This document shows, piece by piece, positions 22,120 to 32,276 of a DNA stretch of 32,276 nucleotides. The stretch comes from Octopus bimaculoides (taxonomy: Eukaryota). The notes beneath the pieces are model-generated. The model did no database searches. It had not been told where the DNA came from and worked only from the letters and a program-made list of their open reading frames with translations. The stretch is from positions 23,199,498-23,231,773 of the forward strand of contig NC_069002.1 in assembly GCF_001194135.2 (NCBI RefSeq), given 5' to 3'. The number at the start of each line of letters is the position of its first letter. Within the stretch, counting starts at the first letter, position 1. The position numbers were made by a program, and so were the translations under genes.

Positions 22120-22915
22120 TTTTCCCTCTCGTTTCTGGCTCTCATGGGAATTATTCAAGTATTTAATTTCTAATTATTGTTGCATTTAGCTTTTAAACAA
22201 CAAACAAGTATCCTTCATTTATGAAACTGTTCTATTGTTTAAGTGATTTTTTATAATCAATTCCGTTGAGAAAATCTTCAAAAGCTTTTTTTCTGAATCA
22301 ACTTGGAAATCAAGAAGGCTTGTACTTATACAAAAGATACTTAGCTTCATGCATACAATTTTTTCACAACATTCCTCTTTTGTTAAAACCACAAATTTCT
22401 TGAAACAAAATTCTCAATTTTTTACTCAAAGGTCACACTATACTTTTCATTTGAAACTGACAAAACCATAGAGAATTTTTTATAAGCTTTCACAAATGAA
22501 TATTTCTGCCTATGAAACCAGTTTTGAATGTTAGTTCCATTGTGCCGGTATATACTTTAGACACATATCTGTTGTTTGTTTCTACTTTAGAGCTGCTATT
22601 TTATCAATTTTGCCAAACAGCTACCATCTTGTGGGCAGTTATCACAGATTCTGTAGTTGCATGATTTGTGTTGAACAGCTGTTTGTCTTTCTGTTTCGTT
22701 CGGTTTGCTGCATTATAGTTTCTGATAATTTTTCTGGAAATTTTTTCTAGTTGGACAAGTAACCTTAGCTCTGTTCTTATTTAATATCTTTCTATATTTA
22801 TATCCTAGTGGAAAACAATAATCTATCAAGTTAAGGAACTTCCTAGGTGTATTACTTTTTACTGCTGGAAATGTTGTCATGGAGTTTTGTTCCTAAAGAG
22901 GGTTGAACTCATGAC
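22120..22915 (-). pseudogene. Penelope-like element relic: RT thumb, Cys linker, GIY-YIG endonuclease
   Basis: Manual translation: FNP...RKFLNLIDYCFPLGYKYRKILNKNRAKVTC (22757-22845), KSCNYRICDNCPQDGSCLAK (about 22607-22666), KVETNNRYVSKVYTGTMELTFKT (22521-22588, YIG-like YTG). Many stops. Confidence 0.8.
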
Positions 22916-23384
22916 CCATTTTGTTAGTTCTGCCATGGAACTACACGCTAAAAAAACATCATGTAAACAATAAGCAGGACAGAAAAGAAATGTGTGCACA
23001 TGCGTACGCACACACACACATACACACGCACACACACACACACACACACATTTATTATAGAAGATAATGCAACCCTGCTTGTCTGGTTCATCTTCTTGTC
23101 TCAGTTACTAAGTTGACTCAATAAAAATATTAAAAAATAACATAAAAACAAGGAGAGAAAAGGTGTGGGTTAGAAAAGTGATTTCTGGTGTGTTAGACCA
23201 ATGCCAAATCAAGCAGAAAGTCAACAAGACTGACAGAAAATATTAAAAAGAAAAATCAAAAAAGTGACAACAAAAATAAGCAAAGATGATTCAAAGAATC
23301 ACACTTCCTAACTTGAGAAATTTAGGCTACAAATTTTGGTGAGATATGTTGTTTATTTAATCAGCAGTAGTACTTTTCTGTTGT

Positions 23385-23515
23385 TTATTTTATTGGCCCT
23401 GAAAGAATGACAGGTGAATGTGACCTTGGTGTGATTTGATCTCAGAACAGAAAGAAGACACAACAATATACCACATAGAATTCTTATATGATGCCCCACT
23501 AATTTTACCACTTTC
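23385..23515 (-). mobile_element. Highly diverged SINE family E head
   Basis: ttattggccctgaaagaatgacagg...gatttgatctcagaac aligns with 25250-25370 and 25520-25580. Confidence 0.55.
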
Positions 23516-24329
23516 AAAGAGGAGTAAATTAATTAAAAAGATCAGCCAAATAAAAGTATATGGAAGATTGAAACCATTTCTAATTTTCATTCAAATATTT
23601 GAAGAATTAATGCAAAATTACGCAAAGTGAAACAGTTGGTATTTTAAAGGTGAGGTTAGATTCCACCAAGTCAGATACTTCTGAGATCAGTTTTGCCATA
23701 TTTTACAGAAGTTCTTGGATAGCTAAGAAGCTAATGTCAAAGCAGAATATTTGTAATCATCATCATCATTGTTTAACGTCCGCTTTCCATGCTAGCATGG
23801 GTTGGACTCTGTTATGCAAAATGAGAATTGTGTAGCAAGGAATTATTGGTGAGTAACACAGGTATAGAAACAATGGGTTGGACAAGTTAAATGGTATGTC
23901 ACACATGGAAAACAGGAATATAATCAGAATGAAAGAAAATATGTAAAAGACAATAATGTGAACATGAAGATAATGGTGAAAGGTTAAAATGACAAAAGAA
24001 AGATCCGGATTAAAGGAAGATAATGAAGTATGAGTAGATGGGTTTATTACAAAAAAAGAAAAAAAAAAAGAAAAAGAAAACAACCCAAAACCTAGACAAA
24101 AAGCAAAAACACTGATTTCTGATTGAGTCTAAGTGAAATCGTTTAATATTTTACCAGACATTACAATAAAATCAAATTGTTCTTTAAATGTAATAAAATT
24201 AATTCATGGAGTAATTATCGTGTAAATTAGATTAGCTCAAGATGACAAACTGAAGTTTTGTTAAGTCCATTTGAAAGATCCAGTTTATTTTGTACCATTT
24301 AGTTGAGCAGTTCCCCTCACCCTTTACAG

Positions 24330-25002
24330 CAGTGTTTCTCAACCAGTTTTTTTCTTAAATATGGGCCTATTTGGTTACTATTTGGTTTTGGTGACCACCA
24401 AAGCCATTCGATGTTAAAAAACTAGTTTTGTAGATACTTCTTTCGAAATCCCTATATTGTCTGGCACCTGTGAATCATAGCCACGGTCGTTACCATGTAA
24501 AAGGCACCCATACGTTGTAGTTGTGGTGGTTGCTGGTGCCATGTAAATGACACCTGTGAATCGTAGCTGCAGTTGTTACTAGTGTCATTTAAATGGCATG
24601 TAAAAGTACCCATTACACTCCTGGAGTGGTTGGCATTAAGAAAGGCACCCAGCCATAGAAACCATGCTAAAACAGACTGAAACCTGGTGCAGCTCTCTGG
24701 CTTATCAGCTGCAGTTAAACTGTCTAACTCATGCCTGAATAGAGAGTGGATGTTAAATGACGACGACATTGTTGTTGTTGTTCACTTGTATAGGTTTGCA
24801 GTAGCATTCACTGAGTGACGATGTTTTAGTGGCTGAAGACATGTTGAATTCTGTAAAACATTAGAGAAAGAAATCTAGCAATAAATCCATTGAAAGCAAA
24901 AATTTTCATGGACCCTTGAAATACTCCTTTTTTGCTTGTGTGGACCCTGTAGAATCTTATATGGACCCCAGAGGTCATAAGATCCCCAGTTGCAAACCAC
25001 TG
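24330..25002. mobile_element. hAT (Charlie-like) non-autonomous element with 8-bp TSD and nested SINE
   Basis: Perfect TSD ctttacag at 24322-24329 and 25003-25010. Termini CAGTGtttctcaac / gttgcaaacCACTG. Subterminal ggaccc repeats. Confidence 0.88.
24455..24770 (+). mobile_element. SINE family C nested in the hAT element
   Basis: ggcatgtaaaagtacccattacactcctggagtggttggcattaagaaaggcacccagccatagaaacc...ggatgttaaatgacgacgac is the reverse complement of the 2425-2690 type. Confidence 0.8.
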
Positions 25003-25129
25003 CTTTACAGGAGCTCTGAGACGAGTAGGAGGGAGGGATGTATCCTCAGGTCAGAAATATGGCTTGAATGCCTGCAACAGAGTGGACACTGCTAAGAACA
25101 CCAAAGGTACTGTGTGGAGGCATTAGACC

Positions 25130-25600
25130 CCACAAGGAGGTCATGACAGGATTTGAACTCAGAATGCAAACTGCTAGGACAAATACTACTATACACCCCG
25201 TCTGATATTCTTACAGTTTGGTTAAGGAAGCACCCTGATTTGGTAAGTTTTTTATTGGCACTGAATGGATGAAAGGCAAAGCTGATTATGATGGGATTTG
25301 AACTCAGATGGTAGAAAGTTGGAACGAACACCACAAGACATTTTTATCTGATGTTCTGACAACTTTGCCAAAGTGTTGTGTTGAAGAAGAGTGAATATAA
25401 GCAAATATCAAAGAAGATGATATGTTATAATTCTTTCTACTGGAAGCACAAGGCCTCAAATTTGGGAGAAGGGATTAAGCCAATTACATCGACTCACCAG
25501 TGTTCGACTGGTGCTTATTTAACTGACCCCAAAAGGATGACAGGCAGAGTCAACCTTAGTGGAATTTGGACTCAGAACGTAGCAGCAGATGAAAAAGTTG
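25130..25600 (-). mobile_element. Cluster of three co-oriented SINE family E pieces
   Basis: gatttgaactcaga at about 25150 and 25295, and gaatttggactcaga at about 25562. Only the last keeps the downstream body (ttctttctactggaagcacaaggcctcaaattt...). Confidence 0.75.
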
Positions 25601-26374
25601 ACATATTATATCAATGACAATTTTATTGAGAAAATAGTGATTTCTGATTGAGTCTCTAAGAGGAAACATTCTCATCCTCATCGATTGTAACTTCACACCA
25701 GACATTGCAATATTCTCAAATAATTTTTTTGTTAAATGTAAAAGAATTTAAGTTGTGGGATGAAGGTTTTAGAAGTTGTACCAGTTCTAGATTAGAAACT
25801 GAGGCTTGTTGATTCCATGGAACGTCCTAACTAAATTAAGATATGTTTTCTTTGATAGGAAGAAACTATTTTATACTTAAGCTGTAGATATTAAACTGCA
25901 GGAATATTCGATGAACACAATTTAGTTACATAAAAGAGAAGAGAAAAAACTCCCTTCCCTTTTATGTCTTAAATTAGTTCTTGTAATATCTAAATGTTCT
26001 TGTAATATCTAAACGTTCTCTAAGAAACTTTAGCACACATCACTGATACATAACATTACGTAGTGTTTGTAATTCTTTAATTTTTAATTTCATAAATCAT
26101 ATTTTATTTTATTTTGCATAAGCTTGTAGTAAATTAAAAGAAAAATTTGCAAACACTTTGATGTTTAATAACCCATAATGTAACAGAGGAAGAGAATTGG
26201 TTAAGAGGTTTGGGAAATAATGGAGAGGTAAAGAAATACCAGGGTGGAAGGAAACTGTAGAAAGATGAAGGAAGATGTCGACAGTACTGCTAAAAGGTGA
26301 TGTTAGGATAATGAACTTTAGACAAGAGATGACAAAAAGACCCAATGAAAGGTGAGATTTTGTGTTCAAAAAAG

Positions 26375-26422
26375 ACCCATCTAACCCATGTCAGCATGGA
26401 AAAACAGACGTAAAAATGATGG
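26375..26422 (+). mobile_element. SINE family C 3' end
   Basis: ccatctaacccatgtcagcatggaaaaacagacgtaaaaatgatgg. Confidence 0.7.
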
Positions 26423-26479
26423 TGTTTGTATAAAGATGAGGCCATTATCAGATTGGGGTTATTGGGTTAGCAGTTGAGG

Positions 26480-26690
26480 TTTTTACTGGGATGAGGTGAA
26501 ACTGGTGTTTGCTTTTTAGGAAGACAATGCCAAGTCAACGAATACTAGACCAAAACACTATACCTGACAATGTTTGACCTGAAGAAGGCTTTCAACAAAA
26601 TAAATACCTCTCCTCTGCTTTCCAGTGGATGCTAAGAGAACTAAGTCCTCAGGATTGACTTGTGAGATTCCCACAAACCATAAGAAAATC
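26480..26690 (+). pseudogene. Non-LTR (RTE-like) reverse transcriptase fragment
   Basis: Manual translation QLRFLLG*GETGVCFLGRQCQVNEY*TKTLYLTMFDLKKAFNKI resembles QFGFMPGRSTTDAIF..RQLQEKY...K.LY.AFVDLEKAFDRV. Confidence 0.65.
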
Positions 26691-26970
26691 CCTTAGATAT
26701 CAATATCATATTGACAGGTACAGCATACATATGTATTTATTTAGTGGGTAGAATATAGTGGGTAGTTTGAGATATATCAATGTTCTGAGTCCAGTCATTG
26801 GTATCACTGGATGTAGGAAACACATGAGTTGTCCAAAGGGAGTTTTGCTACAAATAAATTTAACCACTGAACCCAGCACACACTATTTTACCTGCATTTC
26901 AATTGCCACCTTTCCAGCTTCATAACGAGTATATTCCCTGTGTGTGTGTGTCTATCTATCTATCTATCTA

Positions 26971-27009
<39 letters not shown>

Positions 27010-27450
27010 TCATTCATTCATTCGGTTTTCATTGTGCCTTATGACACTTGAGGCAACAGCAAGGTTGTTCCACCTTCTAACACTGAATTCGTCCTTGACA
27101 GCTTGTTCCATTGTTAACCTGCTGCTTTTAAGATCTTTTGTTATTGTTCTCCACCACATTTCCTTTGGTCAGCTACGTCTTCTTTTACTTTGTGGAACAC
27201 ATTGCAAAGCGATCCTTATAATTGAGTATGGTTTATAGCGACCAACTCGACCCAGCCATTTACATCTCTTTGCTTTAGTAGTTTCTCTTATTGGTTTCAT
27301 GTTAGCCTTGATGTGTAGTTGGTTATTTGAGATCATATTTGACCTGTAGACCTTCAAAATTTTTCATAAACATTTATTATATCTTCTCCATCTGGTGAGA
27401 AATATTATCTAATAAACACAGTATAGGATCCTATCATCCTGCTTTAGCTT
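27010..27450 (-). pseudogene. RTE-type LINE 3' end with (GAAT)n tail
   Basis: Track ORF ISNNQLHIKANMKPIRETTKAKRCKWLGRVGR...IIRIALQCVPQSKRRR, then RPKEMWWRTITKDL. Followed on the element strand by gaatgaatgaatga and the (AGAC)n/(AGAT)n microsatellite 26950-27010. Confidence 0.8.
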
Positions 27451-28657
27451 GTCTTGTCATGCCACGTGGGTAGAGCCTGAGGACTGCATGAAAGCACCAG
27501 ATGTGTTATAAAATGCTGTCTGAGTTGTTTTTCATTGCATTAAACTATTAGTAGCTCATAAAAATATATACTGTATGTATATATGTCCCATCATCGTCAC
27601 TAGAAGATGGTAGGTGTTCATGCTAAGAGATTCTTTTGAATTATTCAAACGTACTACATGGGAATGTTGGTACTTGTCTCCATTTTGGATGAGAATACAT
27701 GAAGTTACATGAGATTGTATGGGATTTTGAAATAAATAAATAATTAAACATGCCATGAGAGGTAACTTTTAAGGATATCTTAATTGTTATCTCTTTTGCA
27801 TTAGCCCTTGATTTTTCCTCGTACATCAGTTAATTCTTTAATCGTCTTATGCAAGAACGCTCATGCACATCCATATTTATAAATATATAAACATATAAAT
27901 ACATAAATGTGCACATACACACCCATACAAAATATACATACCTGGACACATGCACAAAGACACACACACAGACACACACACACACACACATACACACATA
28001 CATACACATATAAAACATAAATAGAACACTAAAGAGAAGTGAGGTGAGAGAATAGATGTTTATTGCATTCTTTTATAGCTGTTTCATACTCTTGTTAGTT
28101 ATGTTATAGATATTATATCAGCATTCACAAGTATATATAAAATATACATCATCATCATCATCATCCAGTATTTTAAATCTGGGTTTTGTCTCTGTTAACT
28201 GGGGTGGCCAGATCTACCTTAATGCCATAGCAACTGAAGCAGTCAGGTGCAGCCTACCTCAACCTTTGGGCTGGATGGCTGGTGCCGATTCTCCCTTGCT
28301 ATCATGAGGCTTTTTTGAAGCTGGATTGTCTATGGGGAGCATGCCCTTGCTTACCCCCAACCTCAGTTTCTAAACATGAGTGGTCCCGAGACCAAGGCCT
28401 CTACCAAGATTTTTAGGAAATGTGGTGGAAAACTAGCTCAGGATGGCATGGATGCTAATCTCTGAGACCCCTTTCCGAGCCCCCGTAACTACATACATAA
28501 AAATATATATGCGTGTATTCATCTATCTATGCAAATGTTCAGTGAAGAAAATTAACGGACTACTCTTAAGAATGATTCCTGGTAATCCATGCTCTTGGCA
28601 GAGCTTAATGCAAAATTTGTTAGATTCTTTGAACCCCTATTATTGTTGTTAAGGTAA

Positions 28658-28993
28658 AGGGTAAAGACCCCCTTCAGTCATGAATGACCATGGGATTGCA
28701 CCTAGAAAGTTCCCCTATGAGGCACAAATCTGGGCAAGGTTGTTTATGGAAGACCTGCAGTTGCCCTTGTATACCAGCCTCTCGTCTTCATACCACTGAT
28801 ATTGTCCAAGGGAAAGGCAAAGTGGCCGATACAGTTTGGCACCAATGGCATCGCAACTCATTTCTACAGCTGAGTGAGCAAGAGCAGCATGAAGTAAAAT
28901 GTCTTGCACAATACACAGCCTGGTTTGGGAATTGAACTCACTACCTCATGATTGTGAGTCTGATGCTGTAGCCACAGACCCATGCACCTTCAC
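28658..28993 (-). mobile_element. tRNA-derived SINE family B, full length
   Basis: Reverse complement of the 9071-9401 type. Confidence 0.9.
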
Positions 28994-29014
28994 ATTTATT
29001 ACTATATATATGTG

Positions 29015-29046
<32 letters not shown>

Positions 29047-30428
29047 TGTATGTATGCCCTTGTGCATAGATGTGTTTTGCATCTCTTTATCAGCGTCTAC
29101 AACAAAGCAGAGACTGTTGTAGAGTTTCTTTGTTTTTCTTATATAAATATTCTTGCCAGTTATGTTACAAATGTTTTAATTTTTCCACGTAATCATTAAA
29201 TTTATAACGACAGTGCATAATCAAGCAACAACAACAACAAAAACAACTACACCAAATACTATAACAATCACACAAGTACTATAACATCACCGCTACCACT
29301 GACAACAAGAAATACTGCTACCACGACACCACCACCACCAATACCACAAATTCATAACAACAACAGCAACAACATCTCCACACACCAATTTCAAACTTAT
29401 ATATTTATATTTATGAAATAATAAAGAATTACTGAAAATTTTCATTAAAAATGTTTCAAATAAGCAATATTTTAATAAAGAATTGCAAAGAATATTTGTG
29501 TGATGAGTTAGTACTGGTAGTAGTACATTGTGGTGGTTGAGTAGGAATCATGGGGTGTTGGTGGTTGTAGTCATTTATCAAGGAGTGTGGTGATGGTGGT
29601 GGTGGTGGGGTTATTCATTTCTCAGCTAATTTAGCCTTTAATTACTGCACGTTATAATTAAATAGCTTCGGAACAAGTTTTCCTACTTATTTTGTATTCT
29701 ATTGTATTTATCCTATCTACTTGGCATTGTGTGTGTGTGTGTGTGTGAGTGAATATTATGTAATATTTTATCATATATGCATAAAATACATACATATATA
29801 TATATNNNNNNNNNNNNNNNNNNNNNNNNNNNNNNNNNNNNNNNNNNNNNNNNNNNNNNNNNNNNNNNNNNNNNNNNNNNNNNNNNNNNNNNNNNNNNNN
29901 NNNNNNNNNNNNNNNNNNNNNNNNNNNNNNNNNNNNNNNNNNNNNNNNNNNNNNNNNNNNNNNNNNNNNNNNNNNNNNNNNNNNNNNNNNNNNNNNNNNN
30001 NNNNNNNNNNNNNNNNNNNNNNNNNNNNNNNNNNNNNNNNNNNNNNNNNNNNNNNNNNNNNNNNNNNNNNNNNNNNNNNNNNNNNNNNNNNNNNNNNNNN
30101 NNNNNNNNNNNNNNNNNNNNNNNNNNNNNNNNNNNNNNNNNNNNNNNNNNNNNNNNNNNNNNNNNNNNNNNNNNNNNNNNNNNNNNNNNNNNNNNNNNNN
30201 NNNNNNNNNNNNNNNNNNNNNNNNNNNNNNNNNNNNNNNNNNNNNNNNNNNNNNNNNNNNNNNNNNNNNNNNNNNNNNNNNNNNNNNNNNNNNNNNNNNN
30301 NNNNNNNNNNNNNNNNNNNNNNNNNNNNNNNNNNNNNNNNNNNNNNNNNNNNNNNNNNNNNNNNNNNNNNNNNNNNNNNNNNNNNNNNNNNNNNNNNNNN
30401 NNNNNNNNNNNNNNNNNNNNNNNNNNNN

Positions 30429-30471
<43 letters not shown>

Positions 30472-30482
30472 AATATATATAT

Positions 30483-30723
30483 CAATCATCAGTGTATCTT
30501 ATATCTGTAAACAAAGCACAATCTAAAGCATAGAGCAGTAATGTATTTATATGCAGTTCAATCTATGTCTGGGTCAAAGCCAAAGACAAATATAACTCTT
30601 CATAGTTGAAGAGATCTACCTGTCTTTGGGAGTCTGACGAGCCATGCAAGGGACTAAGGCCTTTATGGATGTGAAACCATTGGTCACTCTATGACCACAC
30701 ATAGATTAAACTGCATATAAATA
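30483..30723 (+). mobile_element. About 240-bp insert: inverted repeats enclosing a hammerhead
   Basis: IR 30544-30576 / 30692-30723 (2 substitutions plus 1 indel). Candidate TSD ataaatat(a/c)tatat at 30469-30482 and 30717-30730 (low complexity). Confidence 0.7.
30630..30689 (+). ncRNA. Type-I hammerhead ribozyme, canonical core
   Basis: gagt CTGACGA g-ccat-gc-aagg...cctt-t-atgg-atgt GAAA c cattg GTC actc. Stem I gagt/actc, CUGACGA, GAAA, near-palindromic stem III (accattggt), GUC triplet. The base of stem II is imperfect. Confidence 0.8.
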
Positions 30724-30799
30724 TCTATATATGTATGTATGTATAGAAGTATTTGGTGCCTACTCAAGCACGTATGCCCTGCATGTTATGTATGAATAT

Positions 30800-30958
30800 G
30801 CAAGAGTGGCTGTGTGTTAAGTAGCTTGCTTACCAAGCACATGGTTCTGGGTTCAGTCCCACTGCGTGGCACCTTGGGCAAGTGTCTTCTACTATAGCTT
30901 CAGGCTGACAAAGCCTTGTGAGTGGATTGGGTAGATGGAAACTGAAAGAAGCCTGTCA
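30800..30958 (+). mobile_element. SINE family A, 5' part
   Basis: gagtggctgtgtgttaagtagcttgcttaccaagcacatggttctgggttcagtcccactgcgtggcaccttgggcaagtgtc...ggaaactgaaagaagcctgtc. Confidence 0.92.
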
Positions 30959-30969
30959 TATATATATAT

Positions 30970-31360
30970 GGCCAGAGTGTCCTTAAAAGTGGCTGTACTC
31001 TAGTGTGGTCATAGTCCAGTGGCTGAAAGCTGCAAAAGAACAAAGGCTCATAAATAAATATTAGCATCTCTTCATTATCTGATGTTCCNNNNNNNNNNNN
31101 NNNNNNNNNNNNNNNNNNNNNNNNNNNNNNNNNNNNNNNNNNNNNNNNNNNNNNNNNNNNNNNNNNNNNNNNNNNNNNNNNNNNNNNNNNNNNNNNNNNN
31201 NNNNNNNNNNNNNNNNNNNNNNNNNNNNNNNNNNNNNNNNNNNNNNNNNNNNNNNNNNNNNNNNNNNNNNNNNNNNNNNNNNNNNNNNNNNNNNNNNNNN
31301 NNNNNNNNNNNNNNNNNNNNNNNNNNNNNNNNNNNNNNNNNNNNNNNNNNNNNNNNNNNN

Positions 31361-31417
<57 letters not shown>

Positions 31418-31536
31418 GGCCAGAGTGTCCTTAAAAGTGGCTGTACTCTAGTGTGGTCATAGTCCAGTGGCTGAAAGCTGCAAAAGAACAAAGGCTCATA
31501 AATAAATATTAGCATCTCTTCATTATCTGATGTTCC
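30970..31536. other. 119-bp identical duplication across an N-gap (probable assembly artefact)
   Basis: 30970-31088 is identical to 31418-31536. Each copy is preceded by a (TA)n run of different length. Confidence 0.85.
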
Positions 31537-32276
31537 ATTGCTTCCTTTCATTGTGCTATGGTTTCCAAGAACTTTGCATAGTTTAGTAGCTTTGTGTTGG
31601 TAACAAAGTATGTTTTTAGGTAGACCAAATATTGGTAAAAGAAATAATAAAAGACTTGTAGACATCTCCACTTATATTCTTTACAAAATTATAACAAATG
31701 GCAAACTATAAAAATCAGAATATTTATTATCTTGCAGCATATCTCAAGATTTCTTTGGTTAAACATCACTACAAGTTATTGTTGCTTGTCAGAACAATAT
31801 AATAATGGTCACCACATGTATATTCGATAAAGGTAGGAGGGGAGAAGAAGGAAAGAATATTATCTCCTCACTGCGGTGTTTGATATATCCGTCAGGGCTT
31901 TTGTAGAGTAGTGTAAACGTTTTGTATGCAGATTTAAATGTGTGTATGTGTGAGGATTTGTTTGGAAGTGTGGCACAGGCATTGAATGAGGAAGATCTAT
32001 GGTAGTTGGAGAGATGCGAGGTGGGGATGATTCATTTGATGTGGTCAGAAAAGGCCGAACACAATGGTTCTCTGAGAGTGAGTAAGTTTAAAAAGCAGAA
32101 GTTGATGTATGCAAGAGTGACTACAATAGAAACAGAGAAACAGTTGCATAAATGGACAATGTGTTCCTTCGATGAAAAATGACTGTGTTTTGACAGAGAA
32201 GTTATTTGCTGCAGAAGAAAAAGAAACAAATAGTCCTTCTCATTATATATATATATACATATATAAATATATATAT

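Noticed and set aside
25977-26019. 19-bp tandem duplication gttcttgtaatatctaaa(t/c)
   Set aside because: Ordinary slippage duplication with no further structure.
26109-26369. Purine-skewed segments (also 23830-24050) that might be L2/Crack 3' relics
   Set aside because: Similarity is only compositional; I could not align diagnostic residues.
27476-27510. CTGAGGA-ctgcat-GAAA-gcac..gtgtt hammerhead-like string
   Set aside because: No stem II and no stem I pairing; chance match.
31860-32230. Minus-strand pyrimidine-rich segment ending in ccctgacggatatatcaaacaccgc, vaguely like a LINE or PLE 3' end
   Set aside because: No convincing protein motif in any frame, and the hammerhead core would need two deletions.

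Overview
AT-rich, microsatellite- and transposon-saturated animal genomic DNA with nine N-gaps (3,078 N, about 9.5%). The tRNA-derived SINE families match what I recall from octopus; the species is an inference. I find no supportable host gene: every long ORF in the track is microsatellite or N-run read-through, and the short recognisable ones are TE relics. Content: about 25 SINE copies or fragments from several families, two full-length dead mariners (5710-6992, 16571-18115) plus a fragment, hAT, Tc1 and TTAA-type MITEs, three RTE LINE fragments, and a Penelope-like (GIY-YIG) relic at about 22120-22915. The most interesting signal is a recurrent hammerhead/Penelope theme. There are four minimal type-I hammerhead-like motifs from unrelated sequence families (5590, 12693, 19022, 30630). 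Three short, sequence-unrelated inserts share one architecture: 14-15 bp direct repeat, unique tail, inverted repeat, body, inverted repeat, direct repeat (16752-17056, 18763-19130, 30469-30730). One of them has a tRNA (Pol III) head. This suggests a set of non-autonomous, ribozyme-bearing elements mobilised by Penelope-type machinery. All alignments and folds were done by eye.
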